DNA from: Azolla caroliniana
Taxonomy: Eukaryota > Plantae > Polypodiophyta
Direction: 5' to 3'
DNA length: 64,000 nucleotides
NCBI GenBank assembly: GCA_043228905.1
Contig: JBHGNT010000015.1
Coordinates: 11,842,001-11,906,000 of the forward strand
The notes beneath the pieces are model-generated. The model ran no database searches and had not been told where the DNA came from. It worked only from the letters and a program-made list of their open reading frames with translations. The position numbers and the translations under genes were made by a program. This document shows positions 34,021 through 45,658 of this stretch, piece by piece (position 1 is the stretch's first letter; the number at the start of each line of letters is the position of its first letter).

Positions 34021-36552
34021 GAGGTTTAGGAGAGGCTTTAGAAAAATGAGAATAAGGAGTGGGGAGTGGAGGTGTGCTAATGGGTATGATTGAAAAAGGG
34101 GAAGGAGAGAAGAGAAGGTTATATAATAAGGGGAATTATAATGAGGGGGAGAGGGTTTAATGTGAAGGGGTAGTAGTGGGTGTTTAGAAAAATCTAAGGG
34201 GGTGAAAAGGTAACAATAAAGGAAAAAATGGGAAACAAAAGGGGAGAGTAAGGGAGGTATAGAACTAGTGAGAGGGGAACTTAGAAAAAAAGGAAGAAAG
34301 GGAGGGAGAGAGAGAGGAGTTATTAGTCATAGGGAAGAGAGGGGAGAGAGGGGAACTTAGAAAAAAGGGAGAGGGGAAAAGAAAAAAGGGAGAAGAGAGA
34401 GAGAGAGAGGAGCGATTAGACATAGGGAAGAGAGTGGAGAGAGGAGAACTTAGAAAAGAAGAAGAGGGGAATAGAAGAAAGGGACAGAGAGAGAGAGAGA
34501 GGAGTGATTAGACATAGAGAAGAGAGTGGAGAGAGGGTGGGGAAACGTGAAAAGTAAAAGAGAGAAAGGGGAGAGAGAGTGGAGAGGCAAGAGTAACTAA
34601 AATGTAAGAGAGAGGTAAGGAGAGTAATATGTGAAGAAAGAGGAGGGATTTAAAAAGAGAGAAGAGACTAGGGGCTAAGGTAAGGTAAAAGAAAGGGAGA
34701 TATGGGTGAGGGTAATAAAGGTAGAGAGAAGGGAGGGGTATGAATGAAAATAAGAGAAAGTAAGAGAAGATTAAAAGGAAACATAAAGTAAATTTAGGAA
34801 GGGTAGGATTGGAAAAACAAGTAGAGGGGGGTGAGGAATACTAAAACAGAAATTAGAATTAAATTGAAGGGGCCAAAAATAAAAAAGGCTAAAAAGTAAG
34901 AAAACTCAAGGAACTAATGGAGAGGGTTAGGGAGAAGAGAAAAGGGAGGGGTATGAATGAAAATAAGAGAAAGTAAGAGAAGATAAAATGAAAAATAGAA
35001 AGGTGGAGAAAGAGTAGAAAGAAAATGGAGGGACTTCAAAAGAAGAGGCAAAGGATTTAGAGAAAGGACGAGGAGGGGTAAGGTAAAGTGAGACATGGGC
35101 AAGGGCAGACAAATGAGAACATGGGCGAGGGCAGCACATTGAAAAAGGAATATGAAAATGAAAGGGTATATTGTAATAAGAAAAACGTAGAGAGGGGCAA
35201 GGTAAAAAGGGAAAAAAATAAAAAAATAAAAAAACTAACATAAGGAAGGAAGATAGAAGGAAAAGGAAAGGGGGAACAAGAAATAACAAAAATTAAGTTA
35301 AAAGGGGGTGAGAATAAAAAGGGCTAGAAATTAAAAAGTCAAGGAACAAATGGGGAAGGGTAGGGAAAGAAATATGAGAAAGTAGGCAAGGGGTATGGAT
35401 AAAAATATGAGAAAGGAATAGAAGATAAATAGGAAAATTAGGGAGGGTAAGGTTGAAAAATAGGAGAAGATGAGGTAGGGGTAGAGTTAAAATTAGGAGA
35501 AATTGGTGGAGGGTAGGTTATGATGCATTAACAAGAGGTGTATGTGTACGTTATAACTAGTTTAACATTGTGATTTAAGATACAAAATGAAAAAGAAGTG
35601 AAGAAGGTATCGGCTACCGAATGTAGTCCCGGTCTTTTACAAGAGAAAAAGATAAAAAGGGAAATGCATGGCTACTAAACGTAGTCTCATGCTTACAATA
35701 GTGATGTAGGAAAGTAAGATAGGGTATAGAGTGCTTGTGGTGCGAGAGGATGGGAAAACCGATGATGCCGTTGCAAAAGCCACATAACACTTAGTGGGGG
35801 CACTCGACACGAACGAAGGCTCGACGAATGACGGTGCGACCTCGATGTGGGTGCCTATCCCCGTCATGTAGACCTCCATAGTAAATAAGTTCCTCTTCAT
35901 GTATTTTTGTTGACCTTACGGCCGGTACAAGGAGTGTAGATGGGGAAATCATTGGTGGGTTGTAGATAAGTCGAGAGGGAGATGACACCAGATTCTGGCC
36001 AGTGGTGCTTGAAGGGTTTTTGAGAAAGAAGTTGGTGAAAGAGGAAGTGGACCGCGCGGAGAGGAGGGTCCAAGAGTTCACCGGTTGGAGTGATTCGGTA
36101 GAGGAGAAAATCGGCCTCATGGAAGCCGTGTGCTAGGACTACGAGGTTCTGGTTGAAGACAAGAGGGCCGGGAAGGCCAATCCCTCTAACCGATATGACA
36201 CCTGGAGTAGATCGAAGAAAAATGACGGAGGTCCGGCTGCATCACAAGAAAGGGCTAAGTTCCTGAGCTTTCGGCTGAGCTCAGAGATAGAGAGAGCGAG
36301 AGTGACAGACCTGCGGAAGGTCTTGGTGGAACGAATCCTCGATAGTCGGGTGGAACTCACCCTGAAGGAGGTCCTAGGGATAGCAAGGAAAGAGTTGCAC
36401 GACTCTATCGTTGACCTCGTGAAGAGAAAGCGACACTCGTCAAAGCCGGAGTCGGAGAAGCCAGTTGAGGTAAGAGCGGCCCATATTGACAAAGTGGTGA
36501 TCGAGGAGGAATACGCCGAGAACCACTACATGAAGCCACACTAAGCGAGAGC

Positions 36553-36900
36553 TAGTAATGAGCCCGGTTTCGGCTCAAACTGAACCAAACCGAAAAACCG
36601 TGGCTTAACGGTTTATAGGTTCGAAGATAAATAAACGGTTTGGTTTGGTTTCAAATGTTACTAATCGGTTCCCGTTTGGTTTTGAATTTACCGGTTTATC
36701 GGTTTCTATTTATGTGGTTTGGTTTAAAGGTTAAAAAATACTAACTTTCAACTTTTAATTTTGAACTCTAGTTTTAGCTTATTAAATTTTATATGCATTA
36801 TATGTAGAGTCTCCTTTTCATTTATGATGATCAAATATGATAAGTAAGATGATCAAATTTATGATCAGTATGATGACAAAATTTATGATAAGTATGCGAG
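36553..36900. mobile_element. hAT-like terminal fragment
   Basis: Starts TAGTAATG, dense AAACCG/CGGTTT subterminal motifs, then a ~24-bp ATGATCAAATTTATGATAAGT tandem; other end not found. Confidence 0.55.
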
Positions 36901-36909
36901 GCATGAAAC

Positions 36910-37369
36910 TAGGAGAACCCGGAGCAAAGATTCGGAAGAGTAGGCGGAACCTCAAGTTGAGCTTGAGGGGGAGTGTTGAGATACAAGCTCAACAATGGGT
37001 GCGTAACCCAGTGCGTAGACTGGGTGCGTAAAACTGTCCGCACAAAGGCCGTAACTGTGCGTAAGCCGAGAGGCCGTTAGAGCGTTATTCCTCGTAAGGA
37101 ATATATTTTGGGAGTTAGTGTAGGGGCTCATTGATGAGCATTGAAGTACGAGTCAGTACTTTGTCAGTACTTTTGTCTGTCTGTAAGGACGTGTATAAAA
37201 AGCGTGGATTGAGCGCATCCTTTGTACAAAGAGTTGTTATTTTGAATCTGAGTTGTGTGTTCTCTCTCTGCATATGTTGTGATGTTTAAGCTCTCCATTA
37301 AACCTTCTTGCGTTCGTTTGTGTTGCCTGGTTGTGTCTGTTACGCTTCAACACATGCTATTCTTTTACA
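36910..37369 (+). mobile_element. Copia 3' fragment (PPT plus LTR 36974-37369)
   Basis: GAGCTTGAGGGGGAG|TGTTGAG..TTTTACA; similar to LTR 46769-47206. Confidence 0.85.
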
Positions 37370-37581
37370 CATAATAAAACCAAAATTGCCAAGTCTACAA
37401 GGCTTCTCAAATCGAAGGCGGACCAGATTTTCTACACATGATTTGGAGATACAACATTTTCTTTTAGATGACGACAATGCTTTGATTGGTACATCTGATG
37501 ATGAGGATGATGAATCACCATTGTATACTAGACTCTATAGTAGTGATTCTTATGGGTGGAATAACTCTTGATTGTATTTTT

Positions 37582-40500
37582 TGTTAAGAAAACGTGAAGA
37601 AGGCACTTGGGCTCTTCTTATGTGCGCGGCGGATCGTGGTGTGCTAGATCGTTTGGTGCTCAAACACAGAAGGGAAGGGGGAAGGAGACTTACCTCTGTA
37701 GCAGCCAAAAACTTCTTCTATTTCATTATGCGCAGAGCTCTACTTGCTCTCGTCTGTCTCTCGCTTCTGCTCTCACTCTTTTCGTTCTACCTCTCTATCT
37801 TCACTCTCTTACTTTCTACCTAAGTAATAAGTTACTTACTTATGCAGCTAATTAACTGCCTGTAGCTAATTAGCTGTCAGTCGCTAAATAGCTGTCAGTA
37901 GCTAATTAGCTGTTTCTCCTTTATGTTCACAAGTAGCTAAATAGCTACTATAGCTTATTTCCTAATAAGCATCACATACCATGTTGAGATTGCTTCTTAA
38001 CACTCCCCCTCAAGCTCAACTTATCCTTTCTTGGGGTTATCTACCACTTCTTTTCCATGATGCTTTTAAGCCATCATATCAGTGTCTACAACTCCCATCA
38101 TGTTCCAAAACTGTGTATGCTTTTCCCCACTCAATCCCTTTGTGAGAATATCAGCAACCTGCTGATTTGTATTCACATACACCAGATCAACTTCTCCTTC
38201 AATCACTTTTTCTCTAACAAAGTGATAATGCACTTCAATGTGCTTTGTTCTTGCATGGAACACTGGGTTTTTTGCAAGCTGAATGTTGCTCATATTGTCA
38301 CACCAGATTTTGACAGTACCATCTATATACTCTCCCAAATCAGCAAGCAATCTTCTGATCCATACCTCTTCACAAGTGGCTATGGCAGCTCCTCTATACT
38401 CAGCTTCAGTACTAGACAATGCAACAGTAGCTTGTTTCTTGCTACTCCATGAAATACCTGCACTTCCCAATGTAAACATATATCCACTTGTGGATCTTCT
38501 ATATGTTTGGCTTCCAGCCCAATCAGCATCTGTATATCCTTCCAGATTTATGTCCAAATCAGCCCTGTAAAACAATCCATAGTTCTGAGTACCTTTTACA
38601 TACCTCAGAATTCTTCTAATGCAGTCCAAATGCGGCTTTGTTGGCTGTTGCATAAATTGGCTGACTAATCCAACTGCATAACTCAAATCAGGTCTTGTTA
38701 TGGTCAAATAAATAAGGTTGCCCACCATAGACCTGTACATATTTACATCTTCTATTTTGGCTCCCAAATCAGCCCTCAATTTGCAGTTTTTATCTAGTGG
38801 TACTCCAATAGGTTTGCATCCGAGCATACCATACTTTTTCAACATAGTTGTTGCATATTGTCTTTGTAACACACATATACCATTTTCAGATATGATGATT
38901 TCAATACCCAAAAAATATCTCAGATCTCCCAAATCTTTCATATGAAATTTCATTTCCAAATTTCTTTTCAGCTTACTTATTTCATCCATGAAATCACCTC
39001 CAATGATGAGATCATCAACATAAATCAGAATCACAACAATACAATCATCTTTCCTTTTAACATACAATGATGAATCAGCCTTTGACATTTTGAAGTCAAG
39101 TTTTTTCAGATAATCTGAAAGTTCTCTGTGCCATGTTCTTGGTGCCTGTTTCAGTCCATAGAGAGCCTTTTTCAGCCTACATACATAATCTAGATGCTTC
39201 CTATCTTCAAAACCTGGTGGTTGACACATATACACTTCTTCTTCCAAGTTACCATGTAAGAAGGCATTTTTTACATCCATATGATGAAGAAACCATCTTC
39301 TGGCTGCACCTACAGCCAGTAATGTCCTCAATGTTGCCATCTTTGCAACCGGTGCAAATGTCTCATCATAATCAATTCCTTGCATTTGGGCATATCCCTT
39401 TGCAACCAATCTTGCTTTATGTCTACTTACATTCCCACTGGAATCATGCTTTGTCTTGTAGACCCATTTGCAACCTACCACAATTTTTCCTTTTGGTAAC
39501 TTCACCAAATCCCATGTTCTGTTTTCAACCAATGCATCAATCTCTTCTTGCATTGCATCCACCCATTTCTTCTCAGTTTTAGCCTCATCAAAACTACTTG
39601 GATCAGGGATCTGTACCACCTTACACATATATGCATAATGCATAGCCATATATGTATCATAACCAAATCTTTCAACAGTTTTTTTCTCTCTATCTGATCT
39701 TCTCAGTTTCTGATTTGCATCGTTCAATGCTTTTTCCATACCAGGGATTTTCAATCCTCTTATACCAAGAAAATCATCCAATGACATATTTGAATCCTCA
39801 TCTTCCATGTTTTTAGACAAGTCATCCAACATTTCATACTCTGGCATTTTCTGTTTTCCTTTTTTATCATCACATTTTTTGTGTCCTCCACTTTTTCCAC
39901 TCCAAGAATTCGAATCAGATTTACCATCTGAGCTTTTTGATGGTCCCGAACATTCTGTTGATGTTGGACTTTGCTGTCCAACCTTGCTTCCATCTCTATG
40001 GCAGTCTTCTACATTTTCAGATTTGTCTTTGTCTTCAATCTCATTGTCTTCATCAGTCTTTGGATTCTGTTTTGGACTGTACCAGCTGGCTAACTCATCA
40101 AAGATTACATCCCTACTTGTCACAATCTTCTTTGTTACAGGGTTATAGCATCTATACCCTTTTTGTTCTTCTGAATAGCCAACAAAAATACATTTTTCTG
40201 CTTTTGGATCCAACTTACTTCTTACTTCTGCAGGCACATGTACATATGCAAGGCATCCAAACACTTTTAAGTGTTCTAAACTAGGTTTCCTTCCATAGAA
40301 ACACTCTTCAAGAGTTGCTTCATGTACTCCCGATGTTATACATCTATTTAGGATATAATTTGCTGTATTTACAGCCTCTGCCCAATAGTATAATGGCATA
40401 TTCTTCTCTGTCATCAAAGCCCTTGCAATGTTCACCAATGTTCTGTTTTTCCTCTCAGCAACTCCATTTTGCTGTGGAGTATATCTACATGTGAACTGTC

Positions 40501-42931
40501 TTCTTATTCCCTGATTGCATAGAAAATCAGAAAATTCATTGGAGAAATACTCTCCTCCTCCATCAGATCTTAAACATTTTATTCTTGTACCTGCCTGCTT
40601 TTCTACCATGCATTTAAACTTACGAAAACGTTCAAACACTTCACTTTTCTCTTTCATGAAATACACCCATGTTTTCCTTGAGCAATCATCAATAAAAGTT
40701 ACATAGAATCTGCAGCCACCGATAGATGCATTCTTAGTTGGTCCCCATACATCCGTATGTACCAAATCCAACAGATTTTTACTTACATGTCTTTCATGAG
40801 GGAATGGCAACCTATTTTGCTTTCCATATTGACATGCTTCACATATCTTTCCCATTTCACAATTTTTCAGTTTTGGCAGTCCAGCCACTGCATCTTTTCT
40901 CAACATATTCTTTAGGGTTTGCATACTTATGTGGCCAATCCTTTTATGCCACATTTCCACATCTGAGACTACACTCATTCCATTTGCAAACATAGCTAAA
41001 ATCTGTCTAGGCATGTCAACATCCAAAATAAACATTCTTCCTTGTCGTTTTCCTTTTGCAATGAGCTTCCCATTCTTTTCTATATAGCATCCACTTTGCT
41101 TAAACTTTACTTGCATACCTTGCTCTACTATCTGTCCAACAGAAATCAGATTCTTAGCAAGATTTGGAACATGCATTACATTCAACATATACTTAGTCTT
41201 TCCTTTTCCTTCCCACAATGGGATATCTCCAACATGTTCTATTTGGTGAGTACTATTATCACCCGTCTGTACATAGCCATGAATCTTTGGTTCTCTCAAC
41301 CTTTCAAACCAGTTTGCATGTCCAGTCATATGGTTAGATGCCCCCGAGTCTACATACCATGTAAACTCTTCATTACATTTCTGTGAGCTTTCAGCCACTG
41401 CTGCTATCTCATGTTGTACCACAAATGCACCATCTTTTTCACAATCTTCACTAGTTTGGGCATAGTTATTCTGCTGTCTCTTTCCTCTTTGCTCATCATT
41501 TTGCTTCTTGTAACATTTAGCTTGTGTGTGGCCTGGTTTTCCACAATACCAACAACCATCATCATTTACATATGTTTGCTTACCTCTACCTTGGTTGCTC
41601 CCCCTGCCTCTATTGTTGTTTCTTCCTCTAATGGTTTGTTGTCCTCTTCCTTGATAACCATTATTGTTGGTTCTTGCTGAGCCAAATCTTCCATGGCCTC
41701 TTCCTCGGCCTCTTCCAGCACTATTATATAGAGCTTGCCCCTCATTCTCAAGATTTCCTTTATTTACATCATCCATCTGATTCCTTTCTTCTACTACAAG
41801 CATTGAAACCAGATCTGGAAAACTTGGGTTACTATCCCTTGTAAGCATAGAGGTTTTAAAGCTTTTGTATTGAGGTCCTAAGCCTCTCAAGCATATTTCT
41901 ACCTTATCATCATCTTCTATCTTTACATTGATAGAAGCAAGTGATTTACATATGCTCTTTATTTTCAAAGCATACTCATTTATTGACATCTTACCTTTTT
42001 CTAAGGTATTTAGCTCAGTCTTCAACTGTAGCTTTCTAGCTTTTGTGTTTACTGCAAACAATTTTACCAAACTGTCCCGAGCTTCTTTTGGGAGCATAAC
42101 ATCCTGTATGTGCCCAAGCATCGAATATGAGATGCTAAGTGAGAGCCAATGCATTACCTTCCTTGCCCCTTGATTCCAATCTTTGAATGCTTTAATCTGT
42201 GCTGCTGTGGCATTTTCTTCTGGGATCTCCGGAGCCTCTTCTAGGTCTCCTTCAATGTAATCCCAGTATCCTTTCCCCATTAGGAAGTTTGTCATTCTAA
42301 ATTTCCACGCCGGGAAATTGTTTTTTATCTAGTTTTTCTGTAACTATTTGGCCCGCATTCTCTACAGCCATTATCTCTTCCAAACTAGGGTTTCTGCTAC
42401 GATTACTTCAACAAGTAACTTTCTGATTCAGATCAGCAAACAGAGAATTACCTTTCTCAGATCTATGCACTTCTGTACTCTTCTTTATGAGCAACTTTGC
42501 TCTGATACCATGTTAAGAAAACGTGAAGAAGGCACTTGGGCTCTTCTTATGTGCGTGGCGGATCGTGGTGTGCTAGATCGTTTGGTGCTCAAACACAGAA
42601 GGGAAGGGGGAAGGAGACTTACCTCTATAGCAACCAAAAACTTCTTCTATTTCATTATGCGCAGAGCTCTACTTGCTCTCGTCTGTCTCTCGCTTCTGCT
42701 ATCACTCTTTTCGTTCTACCTCTCTATCTTCACTCTCTTACTTTCTACCTAAGTAATAAGTTACTTACTTATGCAGCTAATTAGCTGTCAGTCACTAAAT
42801 AGCTGTCAGTAGCTAATTAGCTGTCAGTCGCTAATTAGCTATTTCTCCTTTATGTTCACAAGTAGCTAAATAGCTACTATAGCTTATTTCCTAATAAGCA
42901 TCACATACCATGTTGAGCTTGCTTCTCAACA
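37582..42931 (-). mobile_element. Copia element I, full-length and nearly intact
   Basis: 421-bp LTRs 37582-38002 and 42511-42931; PBS complement GCTCTGATACCA 42499-42510; PPT 38003-38016; TSD TTTTT/TTTTT. Confidence 0.97.
38066..42295 (-). CDS. gag-pol: Copia Gag-Pol polyprotein (1409 aa); true start probably ATG at 42371, separated by a 1-nt frameshift
   Basis: CWYCGKPGHTQAKC, WYVDSGASNHM, HTDVWGP/RSDGGGEY/NGVAERKNR, IYVDDL, YTDADWAG..ADILTKGL. Confidence 0.96.
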   Translation of the reverse strand: MTNFLMGKGYWDYIEGDLEEAPEIPEENATAAQIKAFKDWNQGARKVMHWLSLSISYSMLGHIQDVMLPKEARDSLVKLFAVNTKARKLQLKTELNTLEKGKMSINEYALKIKSICKSLASINVKIEDDDKVEICLRGLGPQYKSFKTSMLTRDSNPSFPDLVSMLVVEERNQMDDVNKGNLENEGQALYNSAGRGRGRGHGRFGSARTNNNGYQGRGQQTIRGRNNNRGRGSNQGRGKQTYVNDDGCWYCGKPGHTQAKCYKKQNDEQRGKRQQNNYAQTSEDCEKDGAFVVQHEIAAVAESSQKCNEEFTWYVDSGASNHMTGHANWFERLREPKIHGYVQTGDNSTHQIEHVGDIPLWEGKGKTKYMLNVMHVPNLAKNLISVGQIVEQGMQVKFKQSGCYIEKNGKLIAKGKRQGRMFILDVDMPRQILAMFANGMSVVSDVEMWHKRIGHISMQTLKNMLRKDAVAGLPKLKNCEMGKICEACQYGKQNRLPFPHERHVSKNLLDLVHTDVWGPTKNASIGGCRFYVTFIDDCSRKTWVYFMKEKSEVFERFRKFKCMVEKQAGTRIKCLRSDGGGEYFSNEFSDFLCNQGIRRQFTCRYTPQQNGVAERKNRTLVNIARALMTEKNMPLYYWAEAVNTANYILNRCITSGVHEATLEECFYGRKPSLEHLKVFGCLAYVHVPAEVRSKLDPKAEKCIFVGYSEEQKGYRCYNPVTKKIVTSRDVIFDELASWYSPKQNPKTDEDNEIEDKDKSENVEDCHRDGSKVGQQSPTSTECSGPSKSSDGKSDSNSWSGKSGGHKKCDDKKGKQKMPEYEMLDDLSKNMEDEDSNMSLDDFLGIRGLKIPGMEKALNDANQKLRRSDREKKTVERFGYDTYMAMHYAYMCKVVQIPDPSSFDEAKTEKKWVDAMQEEIDALVENRTWDLVKLPKGKIVVGCKWVYKTKHDSSGNVSRHKARLVAKGYAQMQGIDYDETFAPVAKMATLRTLLAVGAARRWFLHHMDVKNAFLHGNLEEEVYMCQPPGFEDRKHLDYVCRLKKALYGLKQAPRTWHRELSDYLKKLDFKMSKADSSLYVKRKDDCIVVILIYVDDLIIGGDFMDEISKLKRNLEMKFHMKDLGDLRYFLGIEIIISENGICVLQRQYATTMLKKYGMLGCKPIGVPLDKNCKLRADLGAKIEDVNMYRSMVGNLIYLTITRPDLSYAVGLVSQFMQQPTKPHLDCIRRILRYVKGTQNYGLFYRADLDINLEGYTDADWAGSQTYRRSTSGYMFTLGSAGISWSSKKQATVALSSTEAEYRGAAIATCEEVWIRRLLADLGEYIDGTVKIWCDNMSNIQLAKNPVFHARTKHIEVHYHFVREKVIEGEVDLVYVNTNQQVADILTKGLSGEKHTQFWNMMGVVDTDMMA

Positions 42932-43320
42932 TTTTTTGGCATGAACGGTTAACAAAATAAGCTTGTAAGAACTCAAATGATATAAAGCTTAATTGTTTTT
43001 AAATCAATCTCTCATAGTGAATATTGTTTGTTATAAAAAACATGAGTTGTTACTTTTACGATAAGAAACATGGTGTAAAATTCTTCCATTTGCCTAATTT
43101 TGTGAATTTTCCATTTTATGACATGGTGATATTTTAAACTTTTCCATTGAGTCTTTGGGCACATGTGGTATAGGTATCACATTTTTTGTGTAATGGTAAA
43201 AAAACCCTGAAATCTAACGGAATATTCCCCATCCTTCCAATTGTGCATGATCCTTCCACTTCTGAATATGAACGTGTTTAAATCTGTCTCAACTCCTCTT
43301 CACAGAAATGTGAAGCTTCA

Positions 43321-44113
43321 CCCCGAATCGTGAAAGGCATGCAACCCGACATAGTTCGGACAGATTGTCGGAAGGTTTATCTACTTGACCATCACTCATC
43401 CGGACCTCAGCTATTTGGTCGGACTGATTAGTCAATTCATGTTAGAGCCGAAGACCGAACACCTTCAGTGTGCGCAAAGGATATTGCGATATGTTAGTGG
43501 CACTAAGGATAGAGCGTTGATATATCGGGTGGGTGCATCCATACAACTTCTCGGCTACACGGATACCGATGATCGTAGGTCAAAATCTGGATTCAAGTTT
43601 TCATTGGGAAGCGCCGCAATCGCTTGGCACATCAAGAAGCAACCAACAGTAGCAATGTCGAGCACCGAGGCCGAATATCGAGGAGCGGATGTTGCTTCAT
43701 GCGAAGCCATATGGCTGAAGTGGCTACTGAAGGATCTTCGGATGGAGCTTGCCGATCTGACGACGATCTATTGTCACAACCTCACTAGCATCCAACTAGC
43801 TAAGAACCTTGTCTTCCACGCTTGGACAAAGCACATCGAGGTGCACTATCATTTTGTCCATGGGTGAGTCCTCTCTGGTGAAGTGGAGCTCGTATATGTT
43901 TCGACTACTTGGTAGGTGGCTGATATCTTCACCAAACCTCTCGATCTAGACAAGTTGCGACATTTTTCGAGCATCCTTGGCTTACAACACCTCGACATGC
44001 CAAACTTGAGGGGGAGGGGCGAGAATGAGAGGGAGGAGAGAGATGATGTTCAAAAAGCCGTATCGGGTGAAGAATTCGATTTCAGAATGACGGAAGAAGT
44101 GAGGATGTTGTCT
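43321..44113 (+). pseudogene. pol: Copia RT/RNaseH fragment J
   Basis: TITHPDLSY..KKQPTVAMSSTEAEY..ADIFTKPL..PNLRGR. Confidence 0.88.
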
Positions 44114-44255
44114 TGAAGAATTCCAACCATGAGGGAATACGAAACCAGATGCGCGTGAATGGCAGTGCGCAAGGGTACATATGAACAAGGGCTTATGTAT
44201 ATAATAATATATTAAAACTTGTGAAAAACAAGATTAATAAAGTATGAGACAACGA

Positions 44256-44289
<34 letters not shown>

Positions 44290-45544
44290 ATGGAGAGCTC
44301 AAAGCTCAGTTATCGATTGAATCCAGTTCTATTTTTTTACCGATTAATCCATTCCCATTTTGTTGTCTCCTATTCTCTTTCTTTGTTGAGTCCGCATTCT
44401 CATTACTTTTTACCTACCTCACGCGTTTATTTGAGTTCCCAAGCCCTTGTGCTCATCTTCTTGTACTAGGCGATTGGTTTGGAGTAGTATACACGTCTGA
44501 GCCTGTGTGCTCTTCATTCAGCATACGGAGACAAGTCTGGATCGGTTTACGTCCTAGTAAAGGAACCCGGTGCTTGAGCCGGAAAAGGCTCTTCTCTCCT
44601 AATTCTCCATCTTTCCCTACTCCTTAGTCCAAGACCCTGGTGGTCCTGCCCCCGATCAGACACATACACACGGAATGCCGTGACATCTTTAGTGAACTTG
44701 ACGTGAAAGGGGTGGCAAAGGAATTCGAAATGAGGGGAAGTGAGCTAGCAGAAGCAATGACGGTGTCCGTCGACCGCTTGGTGAATGTGTTGGAGAACGC
44801 GGGTGGTCTCGATAGGGCCATAGAAACGATAGTGGGGACGTCTGACAGATTGAATGGGAAGGATGTGACAAGCTTTTTGGAGGCCTATAAGGCCGAAATG
44901 CTAATGCGGGACATCCCGGAGGACATGCGGTTGTCCGGATTCCCGTGAGTCATGACATCGAACATCCCGGAGTTGCTCAAAATACTAACCGACTGCCGGA
45001 ATTGGTCGGAGCTCGAGGAGTAACTCCTCGAGATGTATGAAATTGATAACTTGCTTCGAATGTCAAAACGGGAGCTTATGAAGTGGGTAGAGTTGCTTGA
45101 GAAAGGTAAAAACACATCAATGCTTCTCCAAGAATTCAAGAAGCGATTCGTGCGATTATCGGCACTGGATTGAAGCGTGCTTGACACGAGGAAGGTCCTA
45201 TTGTTCATCAAGTCGGTCGAATCGCACGAACGCGAGAAGGTTGGTCTCCTCTTGGAGGCGGAGGACGGCCTCATGCCTGGCTTAGCTGTTGTTAAAAGGG
45301 TATGCAACCGCTTTGACAAACGTCGCGAATGGAACAACGTGGGGTCTTCTTCGGTCGGCCCGACTGCCGGGAGGATGACAGGAGATATGCCGACTCAGTT
45401 GGATGAAACGAGAAGATGGTTCAAGTCAGGCCCTATTCCAACTAACATAGTCGACGACTAAGGCGACTAGATTGCTCACGCCCGGAGGGAAGGCGATGGT
45501 CAATCGTGCGATCAACACCCACCAATCGACCAGAGGTGCATGTG
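44114..45544 (+). mobile_element. Gypsy element K, 5' part (LTR 44114-44516, degenerate gag), related to H
   Basis: TGAAGA..TCTTCA termini; RLNGKDVTSFLEAYKAEMLMRDIPED. Confidence 0.78.
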
Positions 45545-45658
45545 TCACACCACAACCTCCTCCATCAACCTTTTCATTCCACCCCAGCTGGTGTTTATTT
45601 CCAGGGATTTGCGGGTGTTGCTCGTGTGTACCCCGCCATTCCATAGGTACACGACCGC

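Larger units (their letters stand above)
33703..35790 (-). mobile_element. Probable Penelope-like element remnant (pseudo-LTR plus long polypyrimidine tract); boundaries approximate
   Basis: TATA box followed by a minimal hammerhead; extreme purine/pyrimidine strand bias; interrupts the gag of H; no RT seen. Confidence 0.6.
31699..36552 (+). mobile_element. Gypsy element H, 5' part (LTR 31699-~32334, degenerate gag ~32542-33500 and ~35886-36552)
   Basis: TGAG..CTCA ends, TATAAA ~31988; RFNGKDATSYLEAY..DIPEDRRLSGFP; ERILDSRVELTLKEVLGIA. Confidence 0.75.

Noticed and set aside
34914-35289. Hydrophobic F/L/S-rich ORFs as membrane or env proteins
   Set aside because: Artefact of translating a polypyrimidine tract.
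35520-35790. GIY-YIG endonuclease C-terminus
   Set aside because: Only a vague RTHTPLVN resemblance among stop codons; not supportable without an HMM search.
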